Source of the DNA: a virus
Virus record (IMG/VR): IMGVR_UViG_3300051212_000701
Location: 1-64,000 of that record
Length of the DNA: 64,000 bases
Reading direction: 5' to 3' (one strand)
In this document: positions 16,745 through 25,427 of the stretch, piece after piece
How the letters are laid out: every line of letters begins with the position of its first letter
Position numbering within the stretch: the first letter of the stretch is position 1
Translations under genes and position numbers: made by a program
Notes under the pieces: model-generated
What the model saw: the letters and a program-made list of their open reading frames with translations, nothing else
Databases searched by the model: none
What the model was told of the DNA's origin: nothing

Positions 16745-17443
16745 TTATTTATCTCTTTGTCTTTGCCATTTCCTATAAGTTCCGTTTGGCACAAATTTAG
16801 ACATTATATCTAAATTTTTATTTCTAAATAACTTTATATCTTTCTCTGTTTGATATCTAATATTTAAATTTAATTTGTTATCTCGCTTAAATGGAACGTA
16901 TAAGACAAATGGATCTCCTCTATTAATTTGCACAGGCTCTCCATTGCCATGATACAAAACCTGTTGATTAATTTCATGATGTATGTCTGTGTCAATAACT
17001 CCAGGTAACACAGAATATTCTTTGTTGAAATGATAAAACAAAGGTAACTGTAATACAGACCAGCCTTTAGGAGTTATCATTCTCCATGGGCATTCTGCTT
17101 TAAAAACAAACTCTGATTCAGAACCATTAAATCTAACCTGAGTATGATCAATTAGTTGGCCTCTGCCGTGCATATTCCAACTAAAGTCTGGCGCTGCGGT
17201 TTCCCAAAACCAATCTGTTGTACCTGGCTTGTGGGAAAGCTTTGTATCTGTCCACATAGGAACAATATACCCCAAAGAAAAATAATCTGGAAAAGATGGA
17301 CAAACTTTTACTGTGGACAAATTTAATCCAGTTGCTGGCATATCTTTAAACCATTTAGGTATAAAGTGTTTTGCTGGTTTAGGCAGACATTCTTCTATGC
17401 TCTCTAACCCAGGCACTGTGCTAATAAAAGTTATTTTACTCAT
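16745..17443 (-). CDS. uncharacterised dUTPase-like family protein, paralogue 3
   Basis: PKPAKHFIPKWFK, KVCPSFPD..GY, TPKGWS, GVIDTD, GDPFVLYVPFKR. Confidence 0.6.
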   Translation of the reverse strand: MSKITFISTVPGLESIEECLPKPAKHFIPKWFKDMPATGLNLSTVKVCPSFPDYFSLGYIVPMWTDTKLSHKPGTTDWFWETAAPDFSWNMHGRGQLIDHTQVRFNGSESEFVFKAECPWRMITPKGWSVLQLPLFYHFNKEYSVLPGVIDTDIHHEINQQVLYHGNGEPVQINRGDPFVLYVPFKRDNKLNLNIRYQTEKDIKLFRNKNLDIMSKFVPNGTYRKWQRQRDK

Positions 17444-17751
17444 TAGTTGTTTGGTATATCTTCAATATCATCTGGAAAATCTATTAGACCCATTTGTTTA
17501 ATAGCCATCTTGCCTTCTGCGGAAACTTCAATTAAAGCTTCTAAATTTTCATTATAGGTAACGTTTATTAATCCTTGCTCTAGCAGAGAAACTAAAGTTT
17601 TGTCTATATGTTCTTGATGTGCCATCCATAGCTCTGGAGCTACATCTTGACAGGTCTCAGATATTTTAAAAATCATTTCTCCGTCTTTATCTACGCCAAC
17701 TAGTTCTACCGCTCCTATATCTAAATAGTATTGAAACTTATCTTCTTCCAT
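17443..17751 (-). CDS. hypothetical protein
   Basis: ORF track; AAGGAG SD. Confidence 0.75.
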   Translation of the reverse strand: MEEDKFQYYLDIGAVELVGVDKDGEMIFKISETCQDVAPELWMAHQEHIDKTLVSLLEQGLINVTYNENLEALIEVSAEGKMAIKQMGLIDFPDDIEDIPNN

Positions 17752-17763
17752 TTTTCTCCTTTG

Positions 17764-17837
17764 TGCAACAGGTAGGACTTGAACCTACGATAGCCGAATT
17801 ATGAGTTCGGGGCCTTAACCAACTTGGCTACTGTTGC
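17764..17837 (-). tRNA. tRNA with CAU anticodon (Met or Ile2)
   Basis: GCAACAG...CCGAA-CTCATAA-TTCGG...GTTCAAGTC...CTGTTGCA. Confidence 0.9.
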
Positions 17838-18096
17838 CAATGGTTAATTGTAACGTACCGTCTTCGTTTTTGTCAATAGTTTGTTCGACTATTTGTTGTA
17901 CGTAATCAGAAAAATGTTTTCTAATATTCCCTGGTGGCCTTGAGCCTAAAGACTTCCATAGTCTTTTATATTCAACTATATTAGCAAAAGTTGTTGGACA
18001 AACAGTTATTCCATTATATTCTTTTAATGTAGTCGGAAGTGGAACATGTTTACCGCAACACTTGCACTCTTTAGCTTTTTCTTGATATGTGCTCAT
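17815..18096 (-). CDS. hypothetical Cys-containing protein
   Basis: ORF track; ECKCCG...VCPT. Confidence 0.65.
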   Translation of the reverse strand: MSTYQEKAKECKCCGKHVPLPTTLKEYNGITVCPTTFANIVEYKRLWKSLGSRPPGNIRKHFSDYVQQIVEQTIDKNEDGTLQLTIGNSSQVG

Positions 18097-19892
18097 AGTA
18101 TTTTCATTCCTTCCATATATTCTTTTAAGTGTTCAGGCATCCTTGGAGCACGTATCATGTTATATTGATTTGTGTCTTGGTCCGTTTTATTAAAATCATC
18201 ATCATAAGAATAAGACTCATAAGTATGAATTGAAATTTCATCATTATTATTTGGCCTAGTGTTACCAATAGCGTTAAATATTGATCCGCAGACAGCATCT
18301 GCTAAGTCTTTAGAGCCTTTTCTTGGGTGATCTACTTTATCTCTCATAATTTTTAATTGCAATAATTCATCAATAAGCAAAGGAATATGAGGTCCCTTTA
18401 GTCTCTCTTCTAATACTACCATTGCCATATCATCATAATGCTTTTTAGCAACAGATAATGTTTCTGTATTAATTCCATACTGCTTTAACTGTTGCATCAT
18501 ATCATGAGAATTCCATCTGTCAAAAGTACAAAGTCTAATTTTAAATCCTGCAGTTCTTAATGACAATATATAATCTCTTACTTCTGCAAAATCAACAGAC
18601 TTATCTGGAGTAGGTGTCCAATATCTAACTGCATCAACCTCTACAATTGGAGCAGGCTGTGAGTATGTGTCAGTTACTTTTACATTAACCCATTTTTTAA
18701 CATGGGCCATCGCAACAGCACAATGGTCATGTTTTTGTGCTAGGTCAACATGTATAAAATATTCTTTATCTTCTTCTGGTTTAAACCAAGGCTCTAGTCT
18801 TCCGAATCCATCTACCGCCATGGCCATATTGCTAAAAGCTTTTTCAATTTTTTCACGAGACTTAAAAAATGCATCAACTGCATCTGAGGGCATGCATGCA
18901 AAACGACTTAAAGCATCAGGCATATTTTTATAAAATTCTACCTTAAAGTCTTCTATTTTTTTTGTTGGATTGATCTCCCAGGTAGGTCTTTTAAGTGCAT
19001 ATACTCTAGGTATCTTGTATGATATTATATGGTCCTCTTCCCATTCAACCAGAACTTCGTTTCCTGGAATTCCATCTGGTAAATCATTATCCATCTTCAA
19101 TAATTTACTTCTAACTATAGTTTCTTTTTCAGCAATAGCAGAATCATAAAACTTTTGTATTGGATCATTTTTAAATCTAGGGAATGACAAAAGAATTACT
19201 TTCCCGTAGTCTGGAAAACGAGATACTACGGACCCACGATACATATCGTATATTGCGTCCGCAGTCTTTGCTTGATCATGTCCTGTAGTATTTTCTGTTG
19301 CAAATCCTGATATTTCATCAAGAATAACAGCAATTACGTTATAGCCCTCAAACGCTTCTCTTTCTGAGTGTCCAGAATATACATTGATGCTTTTATCAAA
19401 TCTAATTTCAGAAGCTTTAGGATCATATTTACCTGCAAACCACGGGCACCTATCTATTCTGGTTTTAAATCCTTTAAAAAAAACATTGTTTGCTTGCTGA
19501 GCATTTATAGCAATGTTGATGACATCTATTGTGTCTCCTGGAGGCTTACCATAATACGAAGCAGGATCTTTTAAGCATAACAGTAAATAAACTATATAGG
19601 CCACTGAAATTGTAGAACAGTAATCTTTTCCGCTACCTTTGCCTAATTGTGCAATAACTTCATTACAAGTTTGCTTAAACATTCTTCTACCCTCTTCTTC
19701 ACCGAAGAGTTTAATTAATGTAGATTCTTTATATATTGTAGAACTTTTTTCAATTAGTGTATATTGATAATCGGAAAGTGGAGGAAGTCCTAAATAGTCT
19801 GGATGAGTGACAAATGTCTTTAGATCGACGGGTCTTTCATCAAACTCTTCTCCGTCGAGTATATCTATAAGATCATTAAAATTAAGCTCCAC
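18093..19892 (-). CDS. terL: terminase large subunit
   Basis: Walker A GKGSGKD, Walker B VILDE, nuclease HVDLA, FDRW, DHP..SKDLADA. Confidence 0.95.
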   Translation of the reverse strand: MELNFNDLIDILDGEEFDERPVDLKTFVTHPDYLGLPPLSDYQYTLIEKSSTIYKESTLIKLFGEEEGRRMFKQTCNEVIAQLGKGSGKDYCSTISVAYIVYLLLCLKDPASYYGKPPGDTIDVINIAINAQQANNVFFKGFKTRIDRCPWFAGKYDPKASEIRFDKSINVYSGHSEREAFEGYNVIAVILDEISGFATENTTGHDQAKTADAIYDMYRGSVVSRFPDYGKVILLSFPRFKNDPIQKFYDSAIAEKETIVRSKLLKMDNDLPDGIPGNEVLVEWEEDHIISYKIPRVYALKRPTWEINPTKKIEDFKVEFYKNMPDALSRFACMPSDAVDAFFKSREKIEKAFSNMAMAVDGFGRLEPWFKPEEDKEYFIHVDLAQKHDHCAVAMAHVKKWVNVKVTDTYSQPAPIVEVDAVRYWTPTPDKSVDFAEVRDYILSLRTAGFKIRLCTFDRWNSHDMMQQLKQYGINTETLSVAKKHYDDMAMVVLEERLKGPHIPLLIDELLQLKIMRDKVDHPRKGSKDLADAVCGSIFNAIGNTRPNNNDEISIHTYESYSYDDDFNKTDQDTNQYNMIRAPRMPEHLKEYMEGMKIL

Positions 19893-20424
19893 TGACCTGC
19901 TCTGAATCTATTACTACTGGCTCAACTACCCCAGTTATTTGAGATAGTCTTTTTGCAACTTCTAATTTACATTTTGAACAGCTTGAAGTAACTTCTTTTA
20001 AAATTTTTACAAGGATATCTTGTTTTCTTTCTGTTTCAGCAAGTTGAGATGCAAGTTCATTATTCTCTAGAACACCTATAGACTGTAGCATGCCTATTCT
20101 TTTTGCTTCAATGTCTGCAATAAGTTTTAATGCTCCAGATTTTACACCTAGTTGCCCAGACTGATCGGCGTCTTCTACTGTCTTCCATGCTTCTTTAATT
20201 AGCATGGCGTAGTGCTGGTCTGCTCCAGATATGGCTTCTTTTGCCCTATCTCTTATGTTGCTGTCATTATGAACAACTTGCTTCCAGTCGTCTATAAGCT
20301 CAAGAACTTCTTTTCTTTGTAGCCCTGTTGCCGTTGCAATTTGAGTAGGGCTATTGCCCTTTAGTAATTCTTCGACAACTTTATTCATTCTGTCAAAGCG
20401 TTCTGATAATTCTATTTCGCTCAT
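19882..20424 (-). CDS. HTH protein, probable terminase small subunit
   Basis: N-terminal HTH, helical; immediately upstream of terL. Confidence 0.6.
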   Translation of the reverse strand: MSEIELSERFDRMNKVVEELLKGNSPTQIATATGLQRKEVLELIDDWKQVVHNDSNIRDRAKEAISGADQHYAMLIKEAWKTVEDADQSGQLGVKSGALKLIADIEAKRIGMLQSIGVLENNELASQLAETERKQDILVKILKEVTSSCSKCKLEVAKRLSQITGVVEPVVIDSEQVSGA

Positions 20425-20455
20425 TAATATATTATACTTCTAGTCGACTAAAAAA

Positions 20456-20788
20456 TCAACTGGATTGTTGGCTTTTTGCAATCTTTAATAGGACTAAATA
20501 TCCAATTAAATCGTCAATATCATTATCTCCTGGATAATCTGTGCCCTTCATAAGCCTATTTAATTTATCATCAATTCTGACATGAAGCTGTTCTCTTGGT
20601 CCCGCCTTTGAAAATATACGCACAGGGTCAAGAGCAGAATTGCCATAAGCAATATTTTTCTTGATCAGCATGTGTGCAATTTCATGACAGGTATGCCAAA
20701 TTTCTTTACCTGCTTCTGTTCCTACTGTAAGTAAATATAGATCTTCGCACTTAAAGTCTATAGAGTCTGGGAATACTGGTTCTAACAT
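20456..20788 (-). CDS. DUF1599/nucleotide-modification-associated domain protein
   Basis: KKNIAYGNS...VRIDDKLNRL...DDLIGYLVL; likely start MLEP. Confidence 0.7.
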   Translation of the reverse strand: MLEPVFPDSIDFKCEDLYLLTVGTEAGKEIWHTCHEIAHMLIKKNIAYGNSALDPVRIFSKAGPREQLHVRIDDKLNRLMKGTDYPGDNDIDDLIGYLVLLKIAKSQQSS

Positions 20789-20934
20789 TACCGCCTCTTT
20801 ATCAATCCAAATTGTTCTAGGTATCTCTGTATGGTCATAGCAGAGACTTTGCACTCCGTTGCAATTTCTGTAACGGTTTTCTTTTGAACTACATATCTTC
20901 TATATAGCCAATCTTTACTTTGATACAACTTCAT
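20788..20934 (-). CDS. small HTH DNA-binding protein (48 aa)
   Basis: Manual ORF MKLYQSKDWLYRRYVVQKKTVTEIATECKVSAMTIQRYLEQFGL. Confidence 0.8.
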   Translation of the reverse strand: MKLYQSKDWLYRRYVVQKKTVTEIATECKVSAMTIQRYLEQFGLIKRR

Positions 20935-21497
20935 CTTTCTGTTAACACCGTATTCGAATAGTGTGCGATTCCGAAAGCATCTGCAACATCAAAATCATCT
21001 AACTGTAAATTATACTTTTTATTAAAGTAATCTACCGTTCTTTGCTTTCTTATTTCTCTCATCTTTGCTTTATACCAAGAGTCAGCATGTCCTGGATTTT
21101 CAAACCTAAGCGTGTCTTTCTCCAACTTTGTTGGGTTTTTATTTCCAATATATGCTTGCCAAGAAGTAGGAGATATAGTGATAACACTAGCCCCACTAGA
21201 CATAAGCTCAGCAATGACAACACCGTATACATAAGACAATTTTATCACAGCATCAGGGGATTTGACAAATACTGCTCCTTCAACAACTATATAATCTGAT
21301 TTAAGTTCATTAAGCATAGCATGCATTTTAATTTTTGCATCGTGAATTTTATGATAAATATCTTCTCCAGATAGCTCTATTTTACCCCATTTAATGGGTT
21401 TATCATTTTCCATTAAACAAAATGCGATTGAATTGGTTGAAGCATCTATTCCCAATACCCTGTTTGCTTTTGTTTTAACTAAATCAGCTAATGTCAT
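20931..21497 (-). CDS. ruvC: RuvC-like resolvase
   Basis: LGIDAS, VVEG, DVADAFGIA. Confidence 0.88.
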   Translation of the reverse strand: MTLADLVKTKANRVLGIDASTNSIAFCLMENDKPIKWGKIELSGEDIYHKIHDAKIKMHAMLNELKSDYIVVEGAVFVKSPDAVIKLSYVYGVVIAELMSSGASVITISPTSWQAYIGNKNPTKLEKDTLRFENPGHADSWYKAKMREIRKQRTVDYFNKKYNLQLDDFDVADAFGIAHYSNTVLTER

Positions 21498-21762
21498 TTA
21501 GCATACCTAGTATCTTGTTTTTTACATTTAAATCTGTTGAACGGTGGCAAGAAGAGCATAGACTATTCTTATTATATCTACTTAATTGTGCACCACATTT
21601 TTTACATGGCCTCAATGCTCCATTTTTTATTGCCTTGTTCTCATAATACTTTTCCATGATCCTTCTATTGGTTTCAATTCTACAGCACTCTGCAACACAA
21701 TATTTTTGATTATGAGTTTTAGGCTCAAACTCTTTCTTGCATGTTTGATTAGCACATATCAT
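21484..21762 (-). CDS. Cys-rich Zn-binding protein
   Basis: Multiple CxxC; likely start MICANQTC. Confidence 0.7.
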   Translation of the reverse strand: MICANQTCKKEFEPKTHNQKYCVAECCRIETNRRIMEKYYENKAIKNGALRPCKKCGAQLSRYNKNSLCSSCHRSTDLNVKNKILGMLNDIS

Positions 21763-22556
21763 AGTCCAGCGTACGCCTCTATCTCTATGGTTCCCTCTTC
21801 CGCTTTCCAGCAGTCTTTTCTTATAGGGCAATTCTTGCATGAATAACTAGTTTTAATAAATGGCCTTACTGGAATCTCTCCTTCTTTAAAGTTATCCCAG
21901 ACTTTGCATAACCATTCAAATAGGTTATCAATTATTTTTTTATTCTTTTCATTCATCTGAATAGGTATTAACAATATCTCTTGTGTATTTTTATTTTCAT
22001 ACAAAAAGAATGCTTCTTTAACATTTCTTAATTTCATGTATGTTAAAAGCTGAAGCATATGATTGCTTGATGGAGCCATTTCTGCCTGTCTGCCATCCCA
22101 TACTTCTTGTTTAGCAGTTTTAATTTCACCTAAGACTTCTTCGTCGTTCCAGTTAATAACTAGGTCTATAAATCCCCTTATTGGAGGATATTCATTTGTA
22201 ATTTCAATTTCAGTCTTTACATCTTTTAAAGAGTTTTGCTTAAATAAATCTGAAGATTGATTTGATATTAATTTCTGAAGTCTATCATGTGCTTGTGTTC
22301 CATATGCCATATTGGCTATTGCCTGTGCACCGTTGTTATCAATAAAATTTGCACCACTGAATGCCATATACCAATATCTAGGGCAATTGCCGTGCCCATA
22401 TCCAAAGCTGCTAGGGCTAAATGATTTCTTTGTCATTTCTCCGTCTGGTCTTTTAGTAGCAAGATATGCGTCATCAAGCATTTTAGCAAACTCTTCTACG
22501 TTAAATTTACCATCATACTTTTTAAATTTTAAATTTTTTACTATTTCTTTAGCCAT
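21759..22556 (-). CDS. Cas4-like PD-(D/E)xK exonuclease
   Basis: FSPS..CPR, GT..H, GFID, EIKT, QLLTY, CKNCPIRKDC; likely start MAKE. Confidence 0.85.
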   Translation of the reverse strand: MAKEIVKNLKFKKYDGKFNVEEFAKMLDDAYLATKRPDGEMTKKSFSPSSFGYGHGNCPRYWYMAFSGANFIDNNGAQAIANMAYGTQAHDRLQKLISNQSSDLFKQNSLKDVKTEIEITNEYPPIRGFIDLVINWNDEEVLGEIKTAKQEVWDGRQAEMAPSSNHMLQLLTYMKLRNVKEAFFLYENKNTQEILLIPIQMNEKNKKIIDNLFEWLCKVWDNFKEGEIPVRPFIKTSYSCKNCPIRKDCWKAEEGTIEIEAYAGL

Positions 22557-22887
22557 TATAACGAACGACATACTTGAGGGCATCCACAAGTTTATCTATC
22601 GACTCCTTTGCCGAATAATATATATTCTTTTTATTGTTGTTTACTGTTCCAGCTTTGTCTTTGGCAATAGTAGAGTATACAGAAGCCATCATAGAGAATT
22701 TAGTTGACATTGCTTGCAACTCAATAATTAAATGAGGAGCTTTTGCCGCAGGAACATCTGGATTCATTAAAAGTTTTACAACAATTGCCAAGGCCCTGTC
22801 CAGTTGCTCGTCTTTCATGTATTCATGCAGATCATTAAATTCAGTAATCTGATTAATTAATTCTAACGTATTTTTATCTTCCGCCAT
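22549..22887 (-). CDS. hypothetical helical protein
   Basis: ORF track. Confidence 0.75.
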   Translation of the reverse strand: MAEDKNTLELINQITEFNDLHEYMKDEQLDRALAIVVKLLMNPDVPAAKAPHLIIELQAMSTKFSMMASVYSTIAKDKAGTVNNNKKNIYYSAKESIDKLVDALKYVVRYNG

Positions 22888-22987
22888 CTTTATACCTCTT
22901 ATCTAATTTATTAATAAATAATCCAAATGGATATCCGATCACAAATCCTATTCCTATTCCCATCATCAAAATTGCAATAGTGTTCAT
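22874..22987 (-). CDS. small membrane protein (37 aa)
   Basis: Manual ORF MNTIAILMMGIGIGFVIGYPFG... Confidence 0.55.
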   Translation of the reverse strand: MNTIAILMMGIGIGFVIGYPFGLFINKLDKRYKDGGR

Positions 22988-23142
22988 TATATAATCCTTG
23001 TTACTAAAGCATAACCAATCCAGAGACCAACAATGCCCATCAATCCAGCAAATACTGGGGGCGCTGGAATAGGCAATTTAAATGCACTAAATACGCCACC
23101 AACCACTGCGCCTACCAAAGTTGTCATAACAATGTCTCTCAT
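22987..23142 (-). CDS. XapX/DUF1427-like membrane protein (51 aa)
   Basis: Manual ORF ...VGAVVGGVFSAFKLPIPAPPVFAGLMGIVGLWIGY. Confidence 0.8.
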   Translation of the reverse strand: MRDIVMTTLVGAVVGGVFSAFKLPIPAPPVFAGLMGIVGLWIGYALVTRII

Positions 23143-23288
23143 TTTTTACTATCCTTAGAATCTTTTTCTTTAGGCCATGGCCCTAGGTCAGCTTTAACTG
23201 TACCATCTTTTCTAAGTCTTACAATTCTTCCATTCTTAATTTGAGTGTCATTAAATGGATAGCTTGCTCTTCTTTGCCCACTAGACAT
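23139..23288 (-). CDS. small basic protein (49 aa)
   Basis: Manual ORF MSSGQRRASYPFNDTQIKNGRIVRLRKDGTVKADLG. Confidence 0.65.
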   Translation of the reverse strand: MSSGQRRASYPFNDTQIKNGRIVRLRKDGTVKADLGPWPKEKDSKDSKK

Positions 23289-23589
23289 TATTATTTTCCC
23301 AACATTCTACTAGTTGTTCAAGCAGTGACCATTCGATTACTGCAAGTCTCGTTTTGCTATTGTCTTTGCCAAGGACGAGTTTGAGTACAGGATATTTATC
23401 CCTACTAACCTTAAAAGTGTCTGTACATATTTTTGACCACATAGTTTGCGAAACAGAGATTGTTTTTTCGTACTCTTTATAATCCACCACAAAAGTTCGC
23501 CACTGAGCGTCACCCTTCTGATAATTACCACGTCCACTATTTTTTTGTTGTTTTGCGCCATCTCGTTTTGCTTCCGATCTTTCTGACAT
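23281..23589 (-). CDS. Hjc-like Holliday junction resolvase
   Basis: E..EAKR, NSGRG..KGD, VDYK restriction-fold motif. Confidence 0.7.
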   Translation of the reverse strand: MSERSEAKRDGAKQQKNSGRGNYQKGDAQWRTFVVDYKEYEKTISVSQTMWSKICTDTFKVSRDKYPVLKLVLGKDNSKTRLAVIEWSLLEQLVECWENNNV

Positions 23590-23777
23590 TATCCTACCTT
23601 AAATTGATTAGCGTGTCCATCTGGACACGTCCAAGAAATTATTAATGTGGCAGGGTCCCAGAAAGCTTCTTGAGCGTCTTTGTCACATTTACCACATGGC
23701 TTTATACCAGGGATGTTTTCTAATTCTGCTCTATGAATTATTTCTGGCTTGTTAAAAAACTCATTAAGATTTGGCAT
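23589..23777 (-). CDS. small Zn-binding protein
   Basis: CGKC...WTCPDGH. Confidence 0.7.
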   Translation of the reverse strand: MPNLNEFFNKPEIIHRAELENIPGIKPCGKCDKDAQEAFWDPATLIISWTCPDGHANQFKVG

Positions 23778-24768
23778 TTATTTCTTTCTTTAGCTTGTCG
23801 ACGATATCTGGATTATCACGAAGGTATTGCACTGCCTTTGCCCGTCCTTGTAATCTTTCCCCATCCACGGTGTACCAAGCGCCACCTTTTTCCACGACTC
23901 CGCACATTTCGGCAACATCAAGAGTTTCTCCGACACCATCTACACCAACATTCTCACCTTGGTAGTAGAAGTCGTATTGCCCCGAAAGATTAGGGGGTGA
24001 GACTTTGCTGTAATCAACAATCCAGTTAACTGGTCGTCCGACTCTTTGTTCGATAATTTTGTCGCCAACTTTAACGCCAGCTTTAATAGCATTAGCCTCA
24101 GCTTCAGACGACCATAGTTTAACGACAGTGGTACTGAAGAACTTGACAGCCATTCCACCTGTGGGGATGTGACTAGCATGCATAGATCCAAACTGATTTC
24201 GTTGTTGTGAGATGAGAACAAGTAGTGTGTTTTTGTTTGCATAATTTAACATTTTGACTGCGTGAGTCATATCCTTTGCTTCAGCGCCGATCTGCTTAGT
24301 ATCTTGCAGATCTTTTAATTCATTACCGTCTTTTTCAAAATAGATTGCAGGAAGCAATGCTGAAATAGAATCAACAACAATTAGATCTACATCCGCTTCC
24401 ATTAGTTTAGTAGCAACATCAACCATATCATTTACTGTTTTGGCTGGAGAGTAAATTAATTTTTCTGAATCTACTCCTAATTGTTCTGCCCAAGCTGGAT
24501 CATATGATGCTTCTGCATCAATCCATGCACAAGTCTTTCCTTCTTTTTGTGCTAATGCAATCATCTGTAGGCAGAAAGATGACTTGCCAGCAGACTTGTT
24601 TCCCCAAACAAGAACTTGACGACCATACGGCAAGCCTCCACGCAACGCCATGTTAAGACCTATGCTGGGCGTGGCCTGCTTGTGTACCTGCACTTCTTGT
24701 GCTGACTGAACTCTTGCTCTTGTTTTTGGATCTAGTTTTGCTAAGACATCGTCTAATACTATTGTCAT
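23764..24768 (-). CDS. recA: RecA-like recombinase
   Basis: GNKSAGKS, IDAE, VVDSISAL, ISQ, GGMAVKF, KGGAWY. Confidence 0.95.
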   Translation of the reverse strand: MTIVLDDVLAKLDPKTRARVQSAQEVQVHKQATPSIGLNMALRGGLPYGRQVLVWGNKSAGKSSFCLQMIALAQKEGKTCAWIDAEASYDPAWAEQLGVDSEKLIYSPAKTVNDMVDVATKLMEADVDLIVVDSISALLPAIYFEKDGNELKDLQDTKQIGAEAKDMTHAVKMLNYANKNTLLVLISQQRNQFGSMHASHIPTGGMAVKFFSTTVVKLWSSEAEANAIKAGVKVGDKIIEQRVGRPVNWIVDYSKVSPPNLSGQYDFYYQGENVGVDGVGETLDVAEMCGVVEKGGAWYTVDGERLQGRAKAVQYLRDNPDIVDKLKKEINAKS

Positions 24769-24802
24769 TTATTTATCTTTTCTCTTTCTACCATTATACC
24801 AT

Positions 24803-25150
24803 TTAGAACAGGTTGCCGTGAAGTCTTGGCCTGTCTTTATTTATATTTATTTTTTTATCAAGTATTTCGTCTAAGCTGTGCTCTACAGCATTGTTGTTTC
24901 TCATAGCGGCATACAGATCAAGCGTTCTAATAAGAATGTCAGCAATTTCTTCTACAATGTGTTCTGAACCTTTGCTTTTTCTTATTGCTTCTAGTACCTC
25001 TGTTACTTCAGAATGAATTAAGGCAAGCTTGTTTCCAACCTTATCATTAGAATAATCTCCGTCCCAAAATCCTTTTTCAATTGCAGTTTCATGCAATATT
25101 GCAGACAGGGCGTCTAGTCCATACTCTGTTAATATATCATTCTGATTCAT
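24803..25150 (-). CDS. MazG-like NTP pyrophosphohydrolase
   Basis: HSEVTEVLEA, EEIADILIR.LD; likely start MNQN. Confidence 0.85.
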   Translation of the reverse strand: MNQNDILTEYGLDALSAILHETAIEKGFWDGDYSNDKVGNKLALIHSEVTEVLEAIRKSKGSEHIVEEIADILIRTLDLYAAMRNNNAVEHSLDEILDKKININKDRPRLHGNLF

Positions 25151-25427
25151 TAGGTAGCTTTTCATCCATAGCATCATCAAAGTTTGCATTATACTCAAGC
25201 TCTTCAGGCTTAGGAAGTCTAAAAATAAAATTTGGTCCAGTCTCGTCGTAGTCTACGACAAGCTCTTTATCTTTATTGTTTGCCTCAAATAATGTTCTAG
25301 TAGGCACACTTACCTGACCAATAGTTTCCAGTATTGAGATCAGAACTTTGCTTGCCGTAAGCTGTGCCTGAACTTCATTAACATCAAACTCTGGTTCTTG
25401 TTGTATAGTAATTTGTTGTTCACTCAT
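25137..25427 (-). CDS. hypothetical protein
   Basis: ORF track. Confidence 0.7.
   Translation of the reverse strand: MSEQQITIQQEPEFDVNEVQAQLTASKVLISILETIGQVSVPTRTLFEANNKDKELVVDYDETGPNFIFRLPKPEELEYNANFDDAMDEKLPNESE

Noticed and set aside
16438-17837. Suppressor tRNA, recoding or attP site
   Set aside because: The CTTCTAA loop centres on UCU (Arg); ORFs are full length in the standard code; no integrase in window
21759-22556. Cas4-like gene as sign of CRISPR
   Set aside because: No repeat-spacer array or other cas genes; solo Cas4-like nucleases are common in phage recombination modules
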